Below, piece by piece: positions 49,962 to 61,383 of a stretch of 64,000 bases of DNA. Source of the stretch: Terriglobia bacterium (GTDB lineage: Bacteria > Acidobacteriota > Terriglobia > UBA7540 > JAPUME01); NCBI GenBank assembly GCA_965222885.1, contig OZ244973.1, positions 1,157,664 through 1,221,663 of the forward strand, given 5' to 3'. The stretch's first letter is position 1; every line of letters begins with the position of its first letter. A program made the position numbers and the translations under genes. The notes below the pieces were generated by a model. That model was not told where the DNA came from, did not search any database, and saw nothing but the letters and a program-made list of their open reading frames with translations.

Positions 49962-52313
49962 TTGCGGGAACTTTTTCCAGGAAACTCCCTGCTGCGGGCC
50001 GCAGTGTTGGTGGCGGCGCTGGGAATGGCACTGGCCGATCCGTTGTCAGCCTCTGAGTTGACCGGCTCGCGCCCGGTGTTGAATATCCCTCGCGTGCGGC
50101 GGCCACCGGTGATGGAAGACTTTCTGGAGATGAAGCCGAACGTCGAGATGAGGGGACAATTGGCAAAAGTGGAGAATTTCATCCAGCAGCAGCCCGCGGA
50201 TGGCAAGCCTTCTTCTCAGCGCACCGAAGTCTATCTTGGCTATGACAGCCAAAATCTCTATGCCATCTTCGTATGCTTCGACTCGGAACCCCAAAAGATT
50301 CGGGCGCGGATGACCCAGCGCGAGAACATCTTCGGCGACGACTTGGTATTGATAGCGCTCGACACCTTCCACGACCACCGCCGCGCCTATGAGTTTTGGG
50401 CCAATCCCCTCGCAATTCAGATGGATGACCAATGGATCGAAGGCCAGCCCTTCGACACCTCCTTTGATATGCTGTGGCATTCCCGCGGCCGGCTTACCGA
50501 GCAGGGCTACATCGTGTGGATGTCCATCCCCTTTGAGAGCCTTCGCTTTCCTCCTACCCCGAAGCAGACCTGGGGCATCATCTGCTGGCGGATGATCCCC
50601 CGTGCCAATGAGTTTTCGGCATGGCCCCATATTTCCAGCCGCATCGAGGGCGAACTGAATCAGTCTGCCACCCTGCGTGGCATCCAGAACATCTCGCGCG
50701 GGCGGAACGTTCAGTTGATCCCCTATGGCTTCCTGCGGTCCTTTCGCGCCCTGGATACTCTCGACCCTGACCGGCCGCAGTTCGTGAGCAAGCCCGTCGA
50801 TCCCTATGCCGGGCTGGATGCCAAGTTTGTCTTCAAGGACAGCCTCGTCCTGGACGTGGCTCTGAATCCCGACTTCAGCCAGGTGGAGTCCGACCAACCG
50901 CAGGTGACGGCCAATCAGCGCTTTGAGGTTTTCTTTCCGGAGAAGCGCCCGTTCTTCTTGGAGAACGCCAGGTTTTTTGCGACCCCGATCAATCTATTTT
51001 TTACCCGACGCATTGCCGACCCGCAGTTCGGGATTCGGCTAACCGGGAAAACGGGACCCTATACAGTCGGAGCCTTGCTGGCTGATGATGAGTCGCCCGG
51101 CAAGAGTGTTCCTTTGGACGACCCCCTATCCGGTCAGCGGGCACGGTTCGGAATCGTCCGCATCAACCGCGACCTGTTTCAGCATTCCACCGTGGGCCTG
51201 ATCTACGCGGATCGCCAGTTCGCGGGCAACTTCAATCGGGTGGGAGGCTTGGACGGCCGCCTCAAGTGGGGCAAGAACTGGGTGGCGAGCTTCCAGGGCG
51301 TCGCCAGCTCGACCCGGCTCCTCGATGGCAGCCGATTGGCCGGACCGGCGTATGACGCCCAACTGCGCCGCACCGGACGCCAGTTCATCAACGTCCTGGA
51401 GTTCAACGACCGGAGTCCGGGCTTCCGCACCCAAACGGGATTTCTGCCGGGTCGGAGTCGAGGGTTCGTCGCACGACGCCTGCGGACCGACCGAGTGTCG
51501 CTGCGGCCTGACATTCGGAGCCTGAGGCAGTTTACGAGTTACCGCTTCCGCCCGGAAGGCAAATATCTGATCTCCTGGGGACCCGACGTTACGATCAACC
51601 CCACTTGGGACCACCAGGGTACCCGCCTGGATTTACTTTATGCCGGTGCCATGAGTTGGGAGTTCACGGGCCAGACCTATCTGGGGTTGTTTCAGGATGG
51701 TGCCCGCGAGCGCCTGCGACCCCAGGACTTCGAGGGCCTCCCGGAAAACCGTGACTTCTCCCACCAGCGCAAAGGGTTCTTTTTTCGGACCAACTTTCTT
51801 CCGCAGGTCAATTTCGAGGGCGAATACTCGCTGGGAACGCGCGTCAATTTCGTCCCTCCAGACGGCCAGGAACCGCTCATCGCCAACCTGAACCGCGGCA
51901 AATTCGGCCTCATCCTGCGGCCCCGTACTCGCTTGCGGATCGACAATGCCTATATTTGGGAGCGGCTCACGCACCGTGCCGGGCTGGCCAGCATTTTTAA
52001 CAATCACATCGTCCGCTCCAAGTGGAACTGGCAGTTCAACCGCGAACTTTCCTTGCGTACGATTCTCCAGTACAACACCGTGTTGGCGAACCCGGGGTTG
52101 ACCTCGCTGGAGACGTCCAAAAATTTCAACGCGGACTTCTTGGTTACCTACTTGCTCAATCCCTGGACGGCGCTTTACGTCGGCTATAACGGCAATGTAC
52201 AGAATATCGAACTTCTGGAGTCTCCTGCGGGCAGCCGAATCGTCCGTTCCCCTTACTTCATCAACGACGCCAAACAGTTCTTCATCAAGTTTTCTTACCT
52301 GCTCCGCTTCTAA
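49962..52313 (+). CDS. Carbohydrate-binding family 9 / DUF5916 outer-membrane-type protein
   Basis: QQQPADGKPSSQRTEVYLGYDSQNLYAIFVCFDSEP...GDDLVLIALDTFHDHRRAYEF. The C-terminus ends in ...YLLRF (beta-barrel-type terminal Phe). Confidence 0.8.
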   Translation: MRELFPGNSLLRAAVLVAALGMALADPLSASELTGSRPVLNIPRVRRPPVMEDFLEMKPNVEMRGQLAKVENFIQQQPADGKPSSQRTEVYLGYDSQNLYAIFVCFDSEPQKIRARMTQRENIFGDDLVLIALDTFHDHRRAYEFWANPLAIQMDDQWIEGQPFDTSFDMLWHSRGRLTEQGYIVWMSIPFESLRFPPTPKQTWGIICWRMIPRANEFSAWPHISSRIEGELNQSATLRGIQNISRGRNVQLIPYGFLRSFRALDTLDPDRPQFVSKPVDPYAGLDAKFVFKDSLVLDVALNPDFSQVESDQPQVTANQRFEVFFPEKRPFFLENARFFATPINLFFTRRIADPQFGIRLTGKTGPYTVGALLADDESPGKSVPLDDPLSGQRARFGIVRINRDLFQHSTVGLIYADRQFAGNFNRVGGLDGRLKWGKNWVASFQGVASSTRLLDGSRLAGPAYDAQLRRTGRQFINVLEFNDRSPGFRTQTGFLPGRSRGFVARRLRTDRVSLRPDIRSLRQFTSYRFRPEGKYLISWGPDVTINPTWDHQGTRLDLLYAGAMSWEFTGQTYLGLFQDGARERLRPQDFEGLPENRDFSHQRKGFFFRTNFLPQVNFEGEYSLGTRVNFVPPDGQEPLIANLNRGKFGLILRPRTRLRIDNAYIWERLTHRAGLASIFNNHIVRSKWNWQFNRELSLRTILQYNTVLANPGLTSLETSKNFNADFLVTYLLNPWTALYVGYNGNVQNIELLESPAGSRIVRSPYFINDAKQFFIKFSYLLRF

Positions 52314-52587
52314 GGGGTGAACTCCGGGTTAGCAGCCTGCGGCTGGGAAGCGACCTGGGGTCGCGCCCGCATTGGCCAGGCCGGTTGGGGGGTTGCGAGT
52401 GAAGGCGGGGCTGGCCGGCTGACCTGCATGGGCCTTGCGGCTGACTTGTCGGAATGGGGCGGAAATTGGGGTTCGGTGCGGTGGAGGGGAATCGTATTTC
52501 TTGAATTCCTGGGAAGTGGGTGCTAATTTTAGAAATTGGGGTTCTGGCCGTTTCCCCTTTGCGGCCGGCCGGGTCCCAGGGGAGTCA

Positions 52588-55305
52588 ATGATGATAGCGA
52601 AAAAGGGCGCCTTCGGTGCCTTGGCATCTTTGCGGTGGAGGGGCGGCACTGCGTCCCTGTATCGACTTGACCGACTCGAAAAAGTGGGTCTGGGCAACGT
52701 CTCCAGCCTTCCGTTTTCACTGAAAGTCCTGCTGGAATCCCTACTGCGGAATTGTGATGGGTTGCACGTCACCGAGGAGGACGTGGCCGCGCTGGCGGGT
52801 TGGAAGTCTGACTCGCCTGCGGCCCGCGAGGTGCCCTTCAAGCCGGCCCGGGTTATCCTGCAGGATTTTACGGGTGTGCCGGCGGTGGTGGATTTGGCCG
52901 CCATGCGTGCAACGATGCAGCGTCTGGGAGGCGACCCTGCGCGGGTCAACCCCCAGGTTCCCGTGGATCTGGTGATTGACCATTCCGTACAGGTCGATGT
53001 ATTCGGCACGCCGATGGCGCTGCAGCGCAACGCGGAGGTCGAGTTCCAACGCAATCGGGAACGCTACGAATTCCTCCGTTGGGGACAGCAGGCTTTTCGC
53101 AATCTCCGTGTCATCCCTCCCGCTACGGGGATCGTGCACCAGGTAAACCTGGAATTCATTGCCAAAGTCGTGCTGGCTCGCCAGCAAGGTAAGGATGCCG
53201 TGCTGTTCCCGGATACCCTGGTGGGCACCGATTCCCACACCACCATGATTAACGGGCTGGGCGTACTCGGCTGGGGCGTAGGAGGCATCGAGGCGGAGGC
53301 GGCCATGCTGGGCCAACCCTACTACTTCCTGACTCCGCGGGTCGTGGGATTCAAACTGAAGGGCCGATTGCCGGATGGCGTTACCGCCACCGATCTGGTG
53401 CTGACCATCACCGAGAGGCTGAGGAAACATGGGGTGGTGGACAAATTCGTCGAGTTCTACGGCGAAGGGCTTTCCCAAATGACTCTGGCGGATCGGGCCA
53501 CCGTGGCCAATATGTCACCCGAATATGGTGCGACGGTGGGATTGTTTCCCGTGGATGAGGAAACCCTTCGCTACCTTCGGCAAACCGGCCGCACCGACGA
53601 GGAAGTGGAGCGGGTCGAACGCTATACCAAGGAACAGGGCCTGTTCGCTACGGACCGGACCGCGGAGCCCCGGTTCGCCGATAGGTTGGCATTGGACTTG
53701 GAGACCGTGGAGCCGAGTCTGGCCGGCCCCAAACGTCCGCAGGACCGCGTCCCTCTCTCGCGGATGAAAAGCTCCTTCCGGCAGGCGCTCACGGCCCCGG
53801 TCAAGGATCGCGGCTTCGGTCTGTCACGCGAGGAGCAGGGCCGCCGGGCGACGATTGCCGTCAACGGCGCGCAATCAGAGATCACCCATGGCTTGGTCGT
53901 CATTGCCGCCATTACCTCGTGCACGAACACCTCGAATCCGTCGGTCATGTTGGGAGCCGGATTGGTAGCCAGGAAGGCGGTGGAACGCGGCCTGCGCGTG
54001 GCCCCGTATGTAAAGACCAGCCTGGCGCCCGGGTCGAAGGTAGTCACCGAGTATCTGACCGAAGCGGGGCTGCTCGAGCCGCTGGCCGAGCTCGGTTTTC
54101 ATCTGGTGGGATACGGCTGTACCACCTGCATTGGCAACAGCGGTCCGTTGCCCCGCGAGGTGCGGGAAGCGGTCGCCGGGAATCAATTGGTCGCGGCAGC
54201 CGTTTTATCAGGCAACCGGAACTTCGAGGGACGCGTTCATCCCCATGTGCGTGCCAACTACCTGGCGTCCCCGCCGCTGGTGGTAGCCTATGCTTTGGCG
54301 GGCCGGGTGGACCTCGACCTGACCCGGGATCCTCTGGGCCGAGATAGCGCCGGCGCGCCCGTTTATCTGCGGGACATTTGGCCTTCTCCTCAAGAGGTCG
54401 CCGCGGTGATGAACCGGGCCATCCGCCCCGAGATGTTCCGCAAGGCCTACGCAAACGTCTGGGACAGCAACCCGACTTGGAACGCCGTGCCGGTCTCCGG
54501 GGGGGCTCTCTACGGGTGGCGGCCTGGGTCCACCTACATTCAGGAACCGCCGTTCCTGGCTCGGGTGGGTGCCGGACCCACGCCCATCGACGACATTCGC
54601 GGAGCCCGGATATTGGCGTTGTTGGGCGACTCGATTACCACCGACCATATCTCGCCCGCGGGGAGCATTCCGGAAGCAAGCCCGGCGGGCCGCTTCTTGC
54701 TGGAGCAGGGCGTCCCGCATACGGATTTTAACTCCTACGGCTCCCGGCGAGGCAATGACCGCGTGATGATGCGCGGCACCTTTGCCAACACCCGCCTCAA
54801 AAACTTTCTGGTGCCCGGAACCGAAGGCGGCCTGACGGTTCACTTTCCTGACGGTGAGCGCATGGCGATTTACGACGCGGCGGTGCGTTACCGCGAGGAA
54901 GGCGTGCCGCTGATGGTGATCGCCGGGAAGGAATATGGGTCGGGCTCCTCACGGGACTGGGCGGCCAAGGGAACGCTGCTGCTGGGGATCAAGGCCATCC
55001 TGGCGGAAACCTATGAAAGGATTCACCGCAGCAACCTGGTGGGAATGGGGGTTTTGCCTCTTCAGTTTCTGGAGAGGGAAGACGCGGCCTCGCTCGGTTT
55101 GACGGGCCGCGAGGTCTTCCATGTCGAGGGACTCAGCGACCCGGTGTCACCGCGGTCGCGTGTAACCGTCACGGCCGAGGGGCCGGACCGCAGACGTCGC
55201 CGGTTCCAAGCGATGGTAAGGCTGGATTCCGACGTCGAGCTTGACTACTACCGCAACGGCGGTATCCTTCCTACCGTCCTGCGGAGCCTGCTCAGGGAAG
55301 CCTAA
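52588..55305 (+). CDS. acnA: Aconitate hydratase A
   Basis: [19 protein letters not shown]...[13 protein letters not shown]...[10 protein letters not shown]...[10 protein letters not shown]...SRDWAAKG. Confidence 0.95.
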   Translation: MMIAKKGAFGALASLRWRGGTASLYRLDRLEKVGLGNVSSLPFSLKVLLESLLRNCDGLHVTEEDVAALAGWKSDSPAAREVPFKPARVILQDFTGVPAVVDLAAMRATMQRLGGDPARVNPQVPVDLVIDHSVQVDVFGTPMALQRNAEVEFQRNRERYEFLRWGQQAFRNLRVIPPATGIVHQVNLEFIAKVVLARQQGKDAVLFPDTLVGTDSHTTMINGLGVLGWGVGGIEAEAAMLGQPYYFLTPRVVGFKLKGRLPDGVTATDLVLTITERLRKHGVVDKFVEFYGEGLSQMTLADRATVANMSPEYGATVGLFPVDEETLRYLRQTGRTDEEVERVERYTKEQGLFATDRTAEPRFADRLALDLETVEPSLAGPKRPQDRVPLSRMKSSFRQALTAPVKDRGFGLSREEQGRRATIAVNGAQSEITHGLVVIAAITSCTNTSNPSVMLGAGLVARKAVERGLRVAPYVKTSLAPGSKVVTEYLTEAGLLEPLAELGFHLVGYGCTTCIGNSGPLPREVREAVAGNQLVAAAVLSGNRNFEGRVHPHVRANYLASPPLVVAYALAGRVDLDLTRDPLGRDSAGAPVYLRDIWPSPQEVAAVMNRAIRPEMFRKAYANVWDSNPTWNAVPVSGGALYGWRPGSTYIQEPPFLARVGAGPTPIDDIRGARILALLGDSITTDHISPAGSIPEASPAGRFLLEQGVPHTDFNSYGSRRGNDRVMMRGTFANTRLKNFLVPGTEGGLTVHFPDGERMAIYDAAVRYREEGVPLMVIAGKEYGSGSSRDWAAKGTLLLGIKAILAETYERIHRSNLVGMGVLPLQFLEREDAASLGLTGREVFHVEGLSDPVSPRSRVTVTAEGPDRRRRRFQAMVRLDSDVELDYYRNGGILPTVLRSLLREA

Positions 55306-55402
55306 GAAGGAGCTCGGTGTCGGGGTCGCAGCGAGCCACCACCGAAAGAATTGCGAGGGCCACCTCTACGACAGGCGATCCAATCAATCAGGGGGTTTGT
55401 AC

Positions 55403-56842
55403 ATGAAGTCTTATAACGGCGCGCCGGTTCCAGCCGACGGAGAAAAGATCCAATTCCAAAGGGGACGATTTGCGGTTTCTTCGCGTCCCATCATTCCCTT
55501 TATCGAAGGTGACGGAACCGGACGCGACATCTGGAAGGCATCCCGGCGCGTCTTTGACGCCGCGGTCGCCAAGGCCTTCGGCGGCAAGAGAAAAGTTGCC
55601 TGGTACGAGATTTTCGCCGGCGAGAAGGCCTTCCAGAAGTTCAATCAGTGGTTGCCGGCCGATACGGTCGAAGCCATCCGGGAGTTCCGCGTCGCGATCA
55701 AGGGGCCGTTGACGACTCCGGTGGGCGGGGGCATTCGCAGTCTGAACGTAACCCTTCGGCAGTTGCTCAATCTTTATGCCTGCGTGCGGCCGGTGAAATA
55801 TTTTGCGGGAGTGCCTTCGCCGGTCAAGCATCCGCAGCGCATGAACACGGTGGTTTTCCGCGAGAACACCGAAGACGTCTATGCGGGGATCGAATGGCTC
55901 CAGGGAAGCGCGCAAGCGGCGCAGGTGATCGCGTTCATCAACGCCCAGCTCGCCTCCGAGGGCTCTTCGAAGCGGGTCCGGGAGGATTCCGGGGTGGGGA
56001 TCAAGCCCATCTCCGTTACCGGGACCCATCGACTGGTGCGGCGGGGTATCCGCTACGCCCTCGAGCGCGGGCGAAAAAGCGTGACCCTGGTTCACAAAGG
56101 CAACATCATGAAGTTCACCGAGGGAGCTTTCCGGGACTGGGGCTATCAGCTTGCCCGGGACGAATTTCGTAGCCAGACCGTCAGCGAACGGGAGAGTTGG
56201 ATCCTGGCCAACCGGGAAAAGAACCCCCGGTTGACCGTGGAAGAGAACGCCGCCACGATCGAGCCGGGCCTGGCGCACGCCCCCCGGGATTTCCGGGAGC
56301 AGATTCATGCCGAGGTGAAAGAGTGTCTCGACCAGCTTTGGGCCTCGCACGGCAACGGCCAGTGGAAAGAGAAGGTGCTGATCAAAGACCGCATCGCCGA
56401 TTCCATGCTCCAGCAGATCCTGACCCGCGCGGACGAATATGACGTGGTCTGCACCCCGAATCTCAACGGTGACTATCTCTCCGACGCCTGCGCCGCTCAG
56501 GTGGGCGGCTTGGGACTTGCGCCGGGGGCCAACGTCGGCGATGAGCACGGCCTTTTCGAGGCCACCCACGGGACCGCTCCCAAGTATGCCGACCAGGACG
56601 TGATCAATCCCAGCGCCGTCATCCTGGCGGGCAGTCTGATGTTCGAGTTCATCGGCTGGATCGAGGCGCACGACCTGATCGAGCAGGCCCTGGGAGAGAC
56701 CATCCGGCAGCGCCGCGTCACCTACGACCTGGAGCGGTTGATGAAGATGGAAGGCGTCCCCAACGTCCACAAGCTTGGCACGCAGGCCTTTGCCAGCGCC
56801 ATCATCGAGAATATGGACCGCGTGCCAGCCAACCCGGCTTAA
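55403..56842 (+). CDS. icd: NADP-dependent isocitrate dehydrogenase
   Basis: [14 protein letters not shown]...[21 protein letters not shown]...[10 protein letters not shown]... Confidence 0.95.
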   Translation: MKSYNGAPVPADGEKIQFQRGRFAVSSRPIIPFIEGDGTGRDIWKASRRVFDAAVAKAFGGKRKVAWYEIFAGEKAFQKFNQWLPADTVEAIREFRVAIKGPLTTPVGGGIRSLNVTLRQLLNLYACVRPVKYFAGVPSPVKHPQRMNTVVFRENTEDVYAGIEWLQGSAQAAQVIAFINAQLASEGSSKRVREDSGVGIKPISVTGTHRLVRRGIRYALERGRKSVTLVHKGNIMKFTEGAFRDWGYQLARDEFRSQTVSERESWILANREKNPRLTVEENAATIEPGLAHAPRDFREQIHAEVKECLDQLWASHGNGQWKEKVLIKDRIADSMLQQILTRADEYDVVCTPNLNGDYLSDACAAQVGGLGLAPGANVGDEHGLFEATHGTAPKYADQDVINPSAVILAGSLMFEFIGWIEAHDLIEQALGETIRQRRVTYDLERLMKMEGVPNVHKLGTQAFASAIIENMDRVPANPA

Positions 56843-56876
56843 CGGGCCAGTCATCCCGGCGGAGGATGAGGTAAGC

Positions 56877-58736
56877 ATGGCTACTAGAAGAGAGCAAGTT
56901 CAGGAATGGATTGAATGGTCGCGGCAAAATCTGCCGGAAACAGGGCACTACCCGGAGCTTGATGTTACGGAGATTAAAGGGACAGAGTGTCCATGGCAGG
57001 GGGAAATCCGCTCTGAGTTTGATGAGGTTGGCGTTGGTACTACTGAGGGGTACGGGCGGCGACAGGAAATCGTCGATGAGCTACTCGCCGTGTTCGAAGA
57101 TCAGCTTTCTCGCGACCCGGGCGACGTGAGTATCAGGTTCACGGCACTGAATCTTTATTACGCAGTATCTCGTTACGAACGAACTCCTTACGACTGTTCT
57201 GAATACTCCGAAGAGTGGGAGCGCGAGCAATTTGCCGAAAAACTTCCTTATCTTGTGCGCTTGCTGCCAGTGGAGGATGTTTGTAAAGATTGGCGAACGA
57301 TCCGCTGGGAAATTGGCAACGCGTACTATATTCGGGATTGGGAACGTGCCGGGCGACTTTACGACCGCCTGGTGGCGCTCGATCTCGACAACCCGGACCA
57401 GGCCGAGAGACACTTCCTCCGGGGCCAATTTCATTTTCTCAGGGTTTTGGGACCCAAGATAAATCCGAAATTCGATCTTCGGTTCTGGGAGCCTGAGCAC
57501 AGGACTTATTCATGGAGTCTCGTCCCCGCGAAGGAGATCACTCTCGATGCCGCTGAGCGCGACAGAATATGCGATGCCGCGCATGACCTTCGTAAAGGCT
57601 TAATCAACCGTGCCGATATTTCACCCGCATATCGTTCCATGTTGGCGTTCTGCTATTTTGCAACGGACGATTTTCATAAAGCAGCAGAGAAATACGAGCA
57701 AGCTCTATATGAGTTTAAGGAGAGGAAAAAAAAGACAGCGAAGAAACTATTAGATAACAAGGGAGCCGTTCAAGAATTGATTAAGCAGGGGCTGACGTTT
57801 GAAGAAGCACTCGCTGAGTTGGGGATGAGCTATGGAGATACAGGAAGCAGAGAGGTCCCCCTATACACATCTATTGCCACCAGCTACCAGCGAGCAGGTG
57901 ATACAGAAAAAGCAAAGGACGCGCTGAAGCGGTGTGCCGGCGAGTTTCCCAACGCGAAGGGAATTTATAAGGAGTTGGCTAGAATCCAAGCTCAAGCAGC
58001 AGATTACCGTTCGGCTTATGAGAGCTTGACCAAGGAGCTTGAGCGGGATCCAACCTTCGGTGAGGATTGGTTGGTTTCGACTGCATTAGCCTTGGGAGGC
58101 GTGGATAGTAGTGAGCAGATCGCCACTCGCGTAGAGAACTACCTCAGATCAAATCCCCAACGCGCTGAGGCCTTAGAGTCTCTTCTGAGAACACATTGGC
58201 CTTCGGTGGGCCATCTGACCGATAAGGCCCGGAAAAAATGGATTGGCGGCAGCTACATGATCTTGAATCTCCCGGTTGATGTGCAACTGCGCCAGGTCCT
58301 GGCAGGACAGGCGGCGACTTTGTTCGCCACGGCGGTAGAACTGGAACTCAAGGCAAAGGTGTTCGGGGAATTTCGCAATGATGTCTTACAGTCCTCTGAG
58401 TTTCGATCACTGGCTGAGCAGGAGAGTTCTTTGCCTGAATGCAGGCCATTCTGTCTATTCCTTGTCGGAGGGAGGCCAATGACCCTCGGCCAGATGCACT
58501 ACGTCCTCAGGGACTGCCGAGACTCTAAGCGGGACATATTGAGACGATTCAATCATTGGGTTCAAAAGAATCGACCTCTACTCCTCAAAAAACTTCGGGT
58601 GTTAGAAAAGATTTACGGCATCCGTGGGCCTGCGGTGCATGGGAGTATTTCAAAAGAAGATGCTGAAAGAATGCCTCACTTATGTCGGGATTTTCTCTCG
58701 GAGTTATTGCCAAGTCCACAACATGAAACAAGTTAG
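56877..58736 (+). CDS. TPR-like repeat protein with a C-terminal HEPN-like domain (R-x4-H)
   Basis: 619 aa, GGAGGA 7 nt upstream of the ATG. Helical repeat body. The C-terminus reads ...LFATAVELELKAKVF...LEKIYGIRGPAVHGSISKEDAERM... GC is visibly lower than the flanking icd/mdh. Confidence 0.8.
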   Translation: MATRREQVQEWIEWSRQNLPETGHYPELDVTEIKGTECPWQGEIRSEFDEVGVGTTEGYGRRQEIVDELLAVFEDQLSRDPGDVSIRFTALNLYYAVSRYERTPYDCSEYSEEWEREQFAEKLPYLVRLLPVEDVCKDWRTIRWEIGNAYYIRDWERAGRLYDRLVALDLDNPDQAERHFLRGQFHFLRVLGPKINPKFDLRFWEPEHRTYSWSLVPAKEITLDAAERDRICDAAHDLRKGLINRADISPAYRSMLAFCYFATDDFHKAAEKYEQALYEFKERKKKTAKKLLDNKGAVQELIKQGLTFEEALAELGMSYGDTGSREVPLYTSIATSYQRAGDTEKAKDALKRCAGEFPNAKGIYKELARIQAQAADYRSAYESLTKELERDPTFGEDWLVSTALALGGVDSSEQIATRVENYLRSNPQRAEALESLLRTHWPSVGHLTDKARKKWIGGSYMILNLPVDVQLRQVLAGQAATLFATAVELELKAKVFGEFRNDVLQSSEFRSLAEQESSLPECRPFCLFLVGGRPMTLGQMHYVLRDCRDSKRDILRRFNHWVQKNRPLLLKKLRVLEKIYGIRGPAVHGSISKEDAERMPHLCRDFLSELLPSPQHETS

Positions 58737-58771
58737 CGGAAAGAGAAAATTGACTCAAAAGGAAACCGCAA

Positions 58772-59698
58772 ATGCGTAAAAAGGTAACCGTTGTCGGGGC
58801 GGGCAACGTGGGGGCCACCGTGGCTCACCGGCTGGCCGACAAGCAACTGGCGGACGTGGTGCTGATCGACATTATCGAAGGGGTGCCCCAGGGCAAAGGG
58901 CTGGACCTGCTCGAATCCGGGCCGGTCGAGGGGTATGACCTTCAGGTTCGCGGCACCAACGACTATCGAGATACGGCCGGGTCGGACCTCGTCGTGGTCA
59001 CCGCGGGATTTCCCCGCAAGCCGGGCATGAGCCGGGACGACCTGCTGAAGAAGAACTACCAGATCGTCAAAGGCACGGTGGAGCAGGTGGCTCGAAACTC
59101 GCCCGAGTGCATTCTCATCATTGTTACCAACCCGCTGGACGCCATGGTGCAGACCGCTTACCGGGTGAGCGGCTTCCCGAAGCACCGGGTCATCGGCATG
59201 GCGGGCATCCTCGATACCGCCCGTTACCGCACTTTTCTGGCCGAAGCTCTGGAGGTCAGCGTGCAGAACATCTCCGGCTTCGTGCTGGGCGGGCACGGAG
59301 ACACCATGGTTCCGGTGCCTCGCTATACCACGGTGGCCGGCATCCCCGTCACCGAGCTCCTGCCCGCCGATCAGCTCGAGCAGATCATTCAGCGGACCCG
59401 CGACGGCGGCGCGGAAATTGTCGGATTGCTCAAGGCCGGCAGCGCCTACTACGCTCCCTCGGCGGCCGTCGTGGAGATGGTGGACGCCATCTTCCATGAC
59501 CGCAAGAAAATCCTGCCGTGCGCCGCCTTTCTGGAAGGGGAATATGGCATTCACGGACTCTTTGTCGGGGTTCCGGTGAAACTGGGCGCGCGGGGCATCG
59601 AGCAGATCATCGAGCTGAAGCTGACCGCCCAGGAGCAGGCCGGCCTTGAGAAATCCGCCCATGCCGTCCGGGAACTGGTGGAGATCATCCAGGTTTGA
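58772..59698 (+). CDS. mdh: Malate dehydrogenase (LDH-like MDH)
   Basis: [15 protein letters not shown]...[16 protein letters not shown]...GGHGDTMVP. Confidence 0.95.
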   Translation: MRKKVTVVGAGNVGATVAHRLADKQLADVVLIDIIEGVPQGKGLDLLESGPVEGYDLQVRGTNDYRDTAGSDLVVVTAGFPRKPGMSRDDLLKKNYQIVKGTVEQVARNSPECILIIVTNPLDAMVQTAYRVSGFPKHRVIGMAGILDTARYRTFLAEALEVSVQNISGFVLGGHGDTMVPVPRYTTVAGIPVTELLPADQLEQIIQRTRDGGAEIVGLLKAGSAYYAPSAAVVEMVDAIFHDRKKILPCAAFLEGEYGIHGLFVGVPVKLGARGIEQIIELKLTAQEQAGLEKSAHAVRELVEIIQV

Positions 59699-59709
59699 GG
59701 GAGGGGTCT

Positions 59710-59726
59710 CGCCCCAACGCGGGGCG
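59710..59726. terminator. GC hairpin between the convergent mdh and sulfatase genes (possible bidirectional terminator)
   Basis: CGCCCC-AACGC-GGGGCG, a 6-bp stem with no clear U-tract. Confidence 0.25.
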
Positions 59727-59729
59727 CGG

Positions 59730-61133
59730 TCAGTCGATATAGCCGAGGGTTCTTAAAACCTCGATGTCCCGCTTTTTCAAGGTGGGGCGATTCTTCGCGT
59801 GACGGTTGGTGGATCGATACCAACTTTTCAGGTGGTCCACTCGGGCGCGGATGGGAGAAGGCGATTCCCCCGCGAAGATGGGGTTCTCTTCATTCCGGTC
59901 CTGCGCCAGATTGAACACTTCCACTTCGTTGGAGGTCGGAGTCCAGATGAGCTTTCGATCCCCCCTAAGCTGGCCCATCTTCAGAGGAAGTTTTTTCCCG
60001 GAGGGAAGATGCCAGAGCCACGAGATCCACTTTGGCGCCTGCCCCGGCTTTCCGGGGAAAGTCATGAAATAGGTGGAGCGATCCTCTGGTAGCGGCAGGT
60101 CGTCCATATACGGCAGGAGGGACTTTCCCTGGAAAGGCAAGGGAGGCTCGACGCCGACCAAGTCAAGAATCGTGGGTGTCACGTCCAGAAGCGTGACGTT
60201 CTGTCGCACCACCCGTCCGGTCGGCAGCGCTCCGGGGTGGTGGAAGATCATAGGGATGCGCACGATGTTGTCGTAGAGTTGACGCCCATGGCCCACGTAG
60301 TCCCGCTCGCCGAGGCTCTCGCCGTGGTCGGCCAGAACCACGGTAAGAGTGGAATCTCGAATACCCAGCTTCTGCATCTCATCCAACAGCTTGCCGATGT
60401 GGTGATCCGTATAGGCGATTTCGCTGTCGTAATTGCGGATTCGTTCCTCCATTTCCTCATCCTCGGGCCGGGTACGGGAATGGCCCGCGGGATTCGGTTT
60501 GAGGTCGGCAAATTCCTCCCACAGAACGTAGGGGCCGTGCGGATCAAAATAGTGGACCCAGAGAAAAAACGGCTGCTCATAATGACTCCGTAGCCACTCC
60601 ATCGCTTTGGGAGTCACGTCCTCGGCGGATCGATAAGAGTTGAGCCATTGGTAATTGCGGCCAAATTCCTGGTCGTAAACCTGGAATCCGCGATGGAGCC
60701 GCGTCAATCTCTTCTTCAGCGGCCAGGCACTCACATAGGCGGCTGTCCGGTAGCCGTTCCTTTCCAGGATGCGAGCGAGGGTCAGCAGGCGGGGATCACG
60801 GGCAACAGGTTGGCCGTTGACTCGGGCGCCGGTTTCCTGCGGATAGCGGCTCGTGAACAGGCTGGTGTGAGCGGGTCCGGTTAAGGGAATGGTGGTGCGT
60901 GCCCGCTCGAAACGGACCCCTTGTTCGGCCAGGCGGTCGAGCCGCGGCGAAGTAATCAGATGGTATCCATAACAGGACAGATGGTCCGCGCGCAGCGTGT
61001 CAACGGTGATCAAAACGACGCTGGTGCGAGGCTGCGGACGCTCCGCTAGGGTCGGCAGGCTCCCGATGAAAAGCGCCAGCCCCCCAGCCAGAAGGCAACT
61101 CATCCGTACCTTTGTACTCTTTAGGAGGTGCAT
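59730..61133 (-). CDS. Sulfatase-family (alkaline-phosphatase superfamily) protein, secreted
   Basis: VVLITVDTLRADHLSCYGY...TSLFT...ADHGESLGE. Confidence 0.85.
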   Translation of the reverse strand: MHLLKSTKVRMSCLLAGGLALFIGSLPTLAERPQPRTSVVLITVDTLRADHLSCYGYHLITSPRLDRLAEQGVRFERARTTIPLTGPAHTSLFTSRYPQETGARVNGQPVARDPRLLTLARILERNGYRTAAYVSAWPLKKRLTRLHRGFQVYDQEFGRNYQWLNSYRSAEDVTPKAMEWLRSHYEQPFFLWVHYFDPHGPYVLWEEFADLKPNPAGHSRTRPEDEEMEERIRNYDSEIAYTDHHIGKLLDEMQKLGIRDSTLTVVLADHGESLGERDYVGHGRQLYDNIVRIPMIFHHPGALPTGRVVRQNVTLLDVTPTILDLVGVEPPLPFQGKSLLPYMDDLPLPEDRSTYFMTFPGKPGQAPKWISWLWHLPSGKKLPLKMGQLRGDRKLIWTPTSNEVEVFNLAQDRNEENPIFAGESPSPIRARVDHLKSWYRSTNRHAKNRPTLKKRDIEVLRTLGYID

Positions 61134-61383
61134 CGTAATCCCTTAAATAACATTTCCCCACCATCGAGTCAAACCTTCCCACCGCGTTGATGGCCGGAAG
61201 CATGCGCCACGCCGGCATTTGACACCTGGAGTAAAAGTTAGGCATCTTAGATTCCGACGGCAGCTTATGGGGGGTACGAGTGAGGACTGGTTGCGGGGCT
61301 GCCCCAGGATGCTCCCGTATGCCCGTTTCGAGAAAGTAGGATCCGTGCAACGAATGGCTTGCTTCGACCGTTCCCGATTGAGG

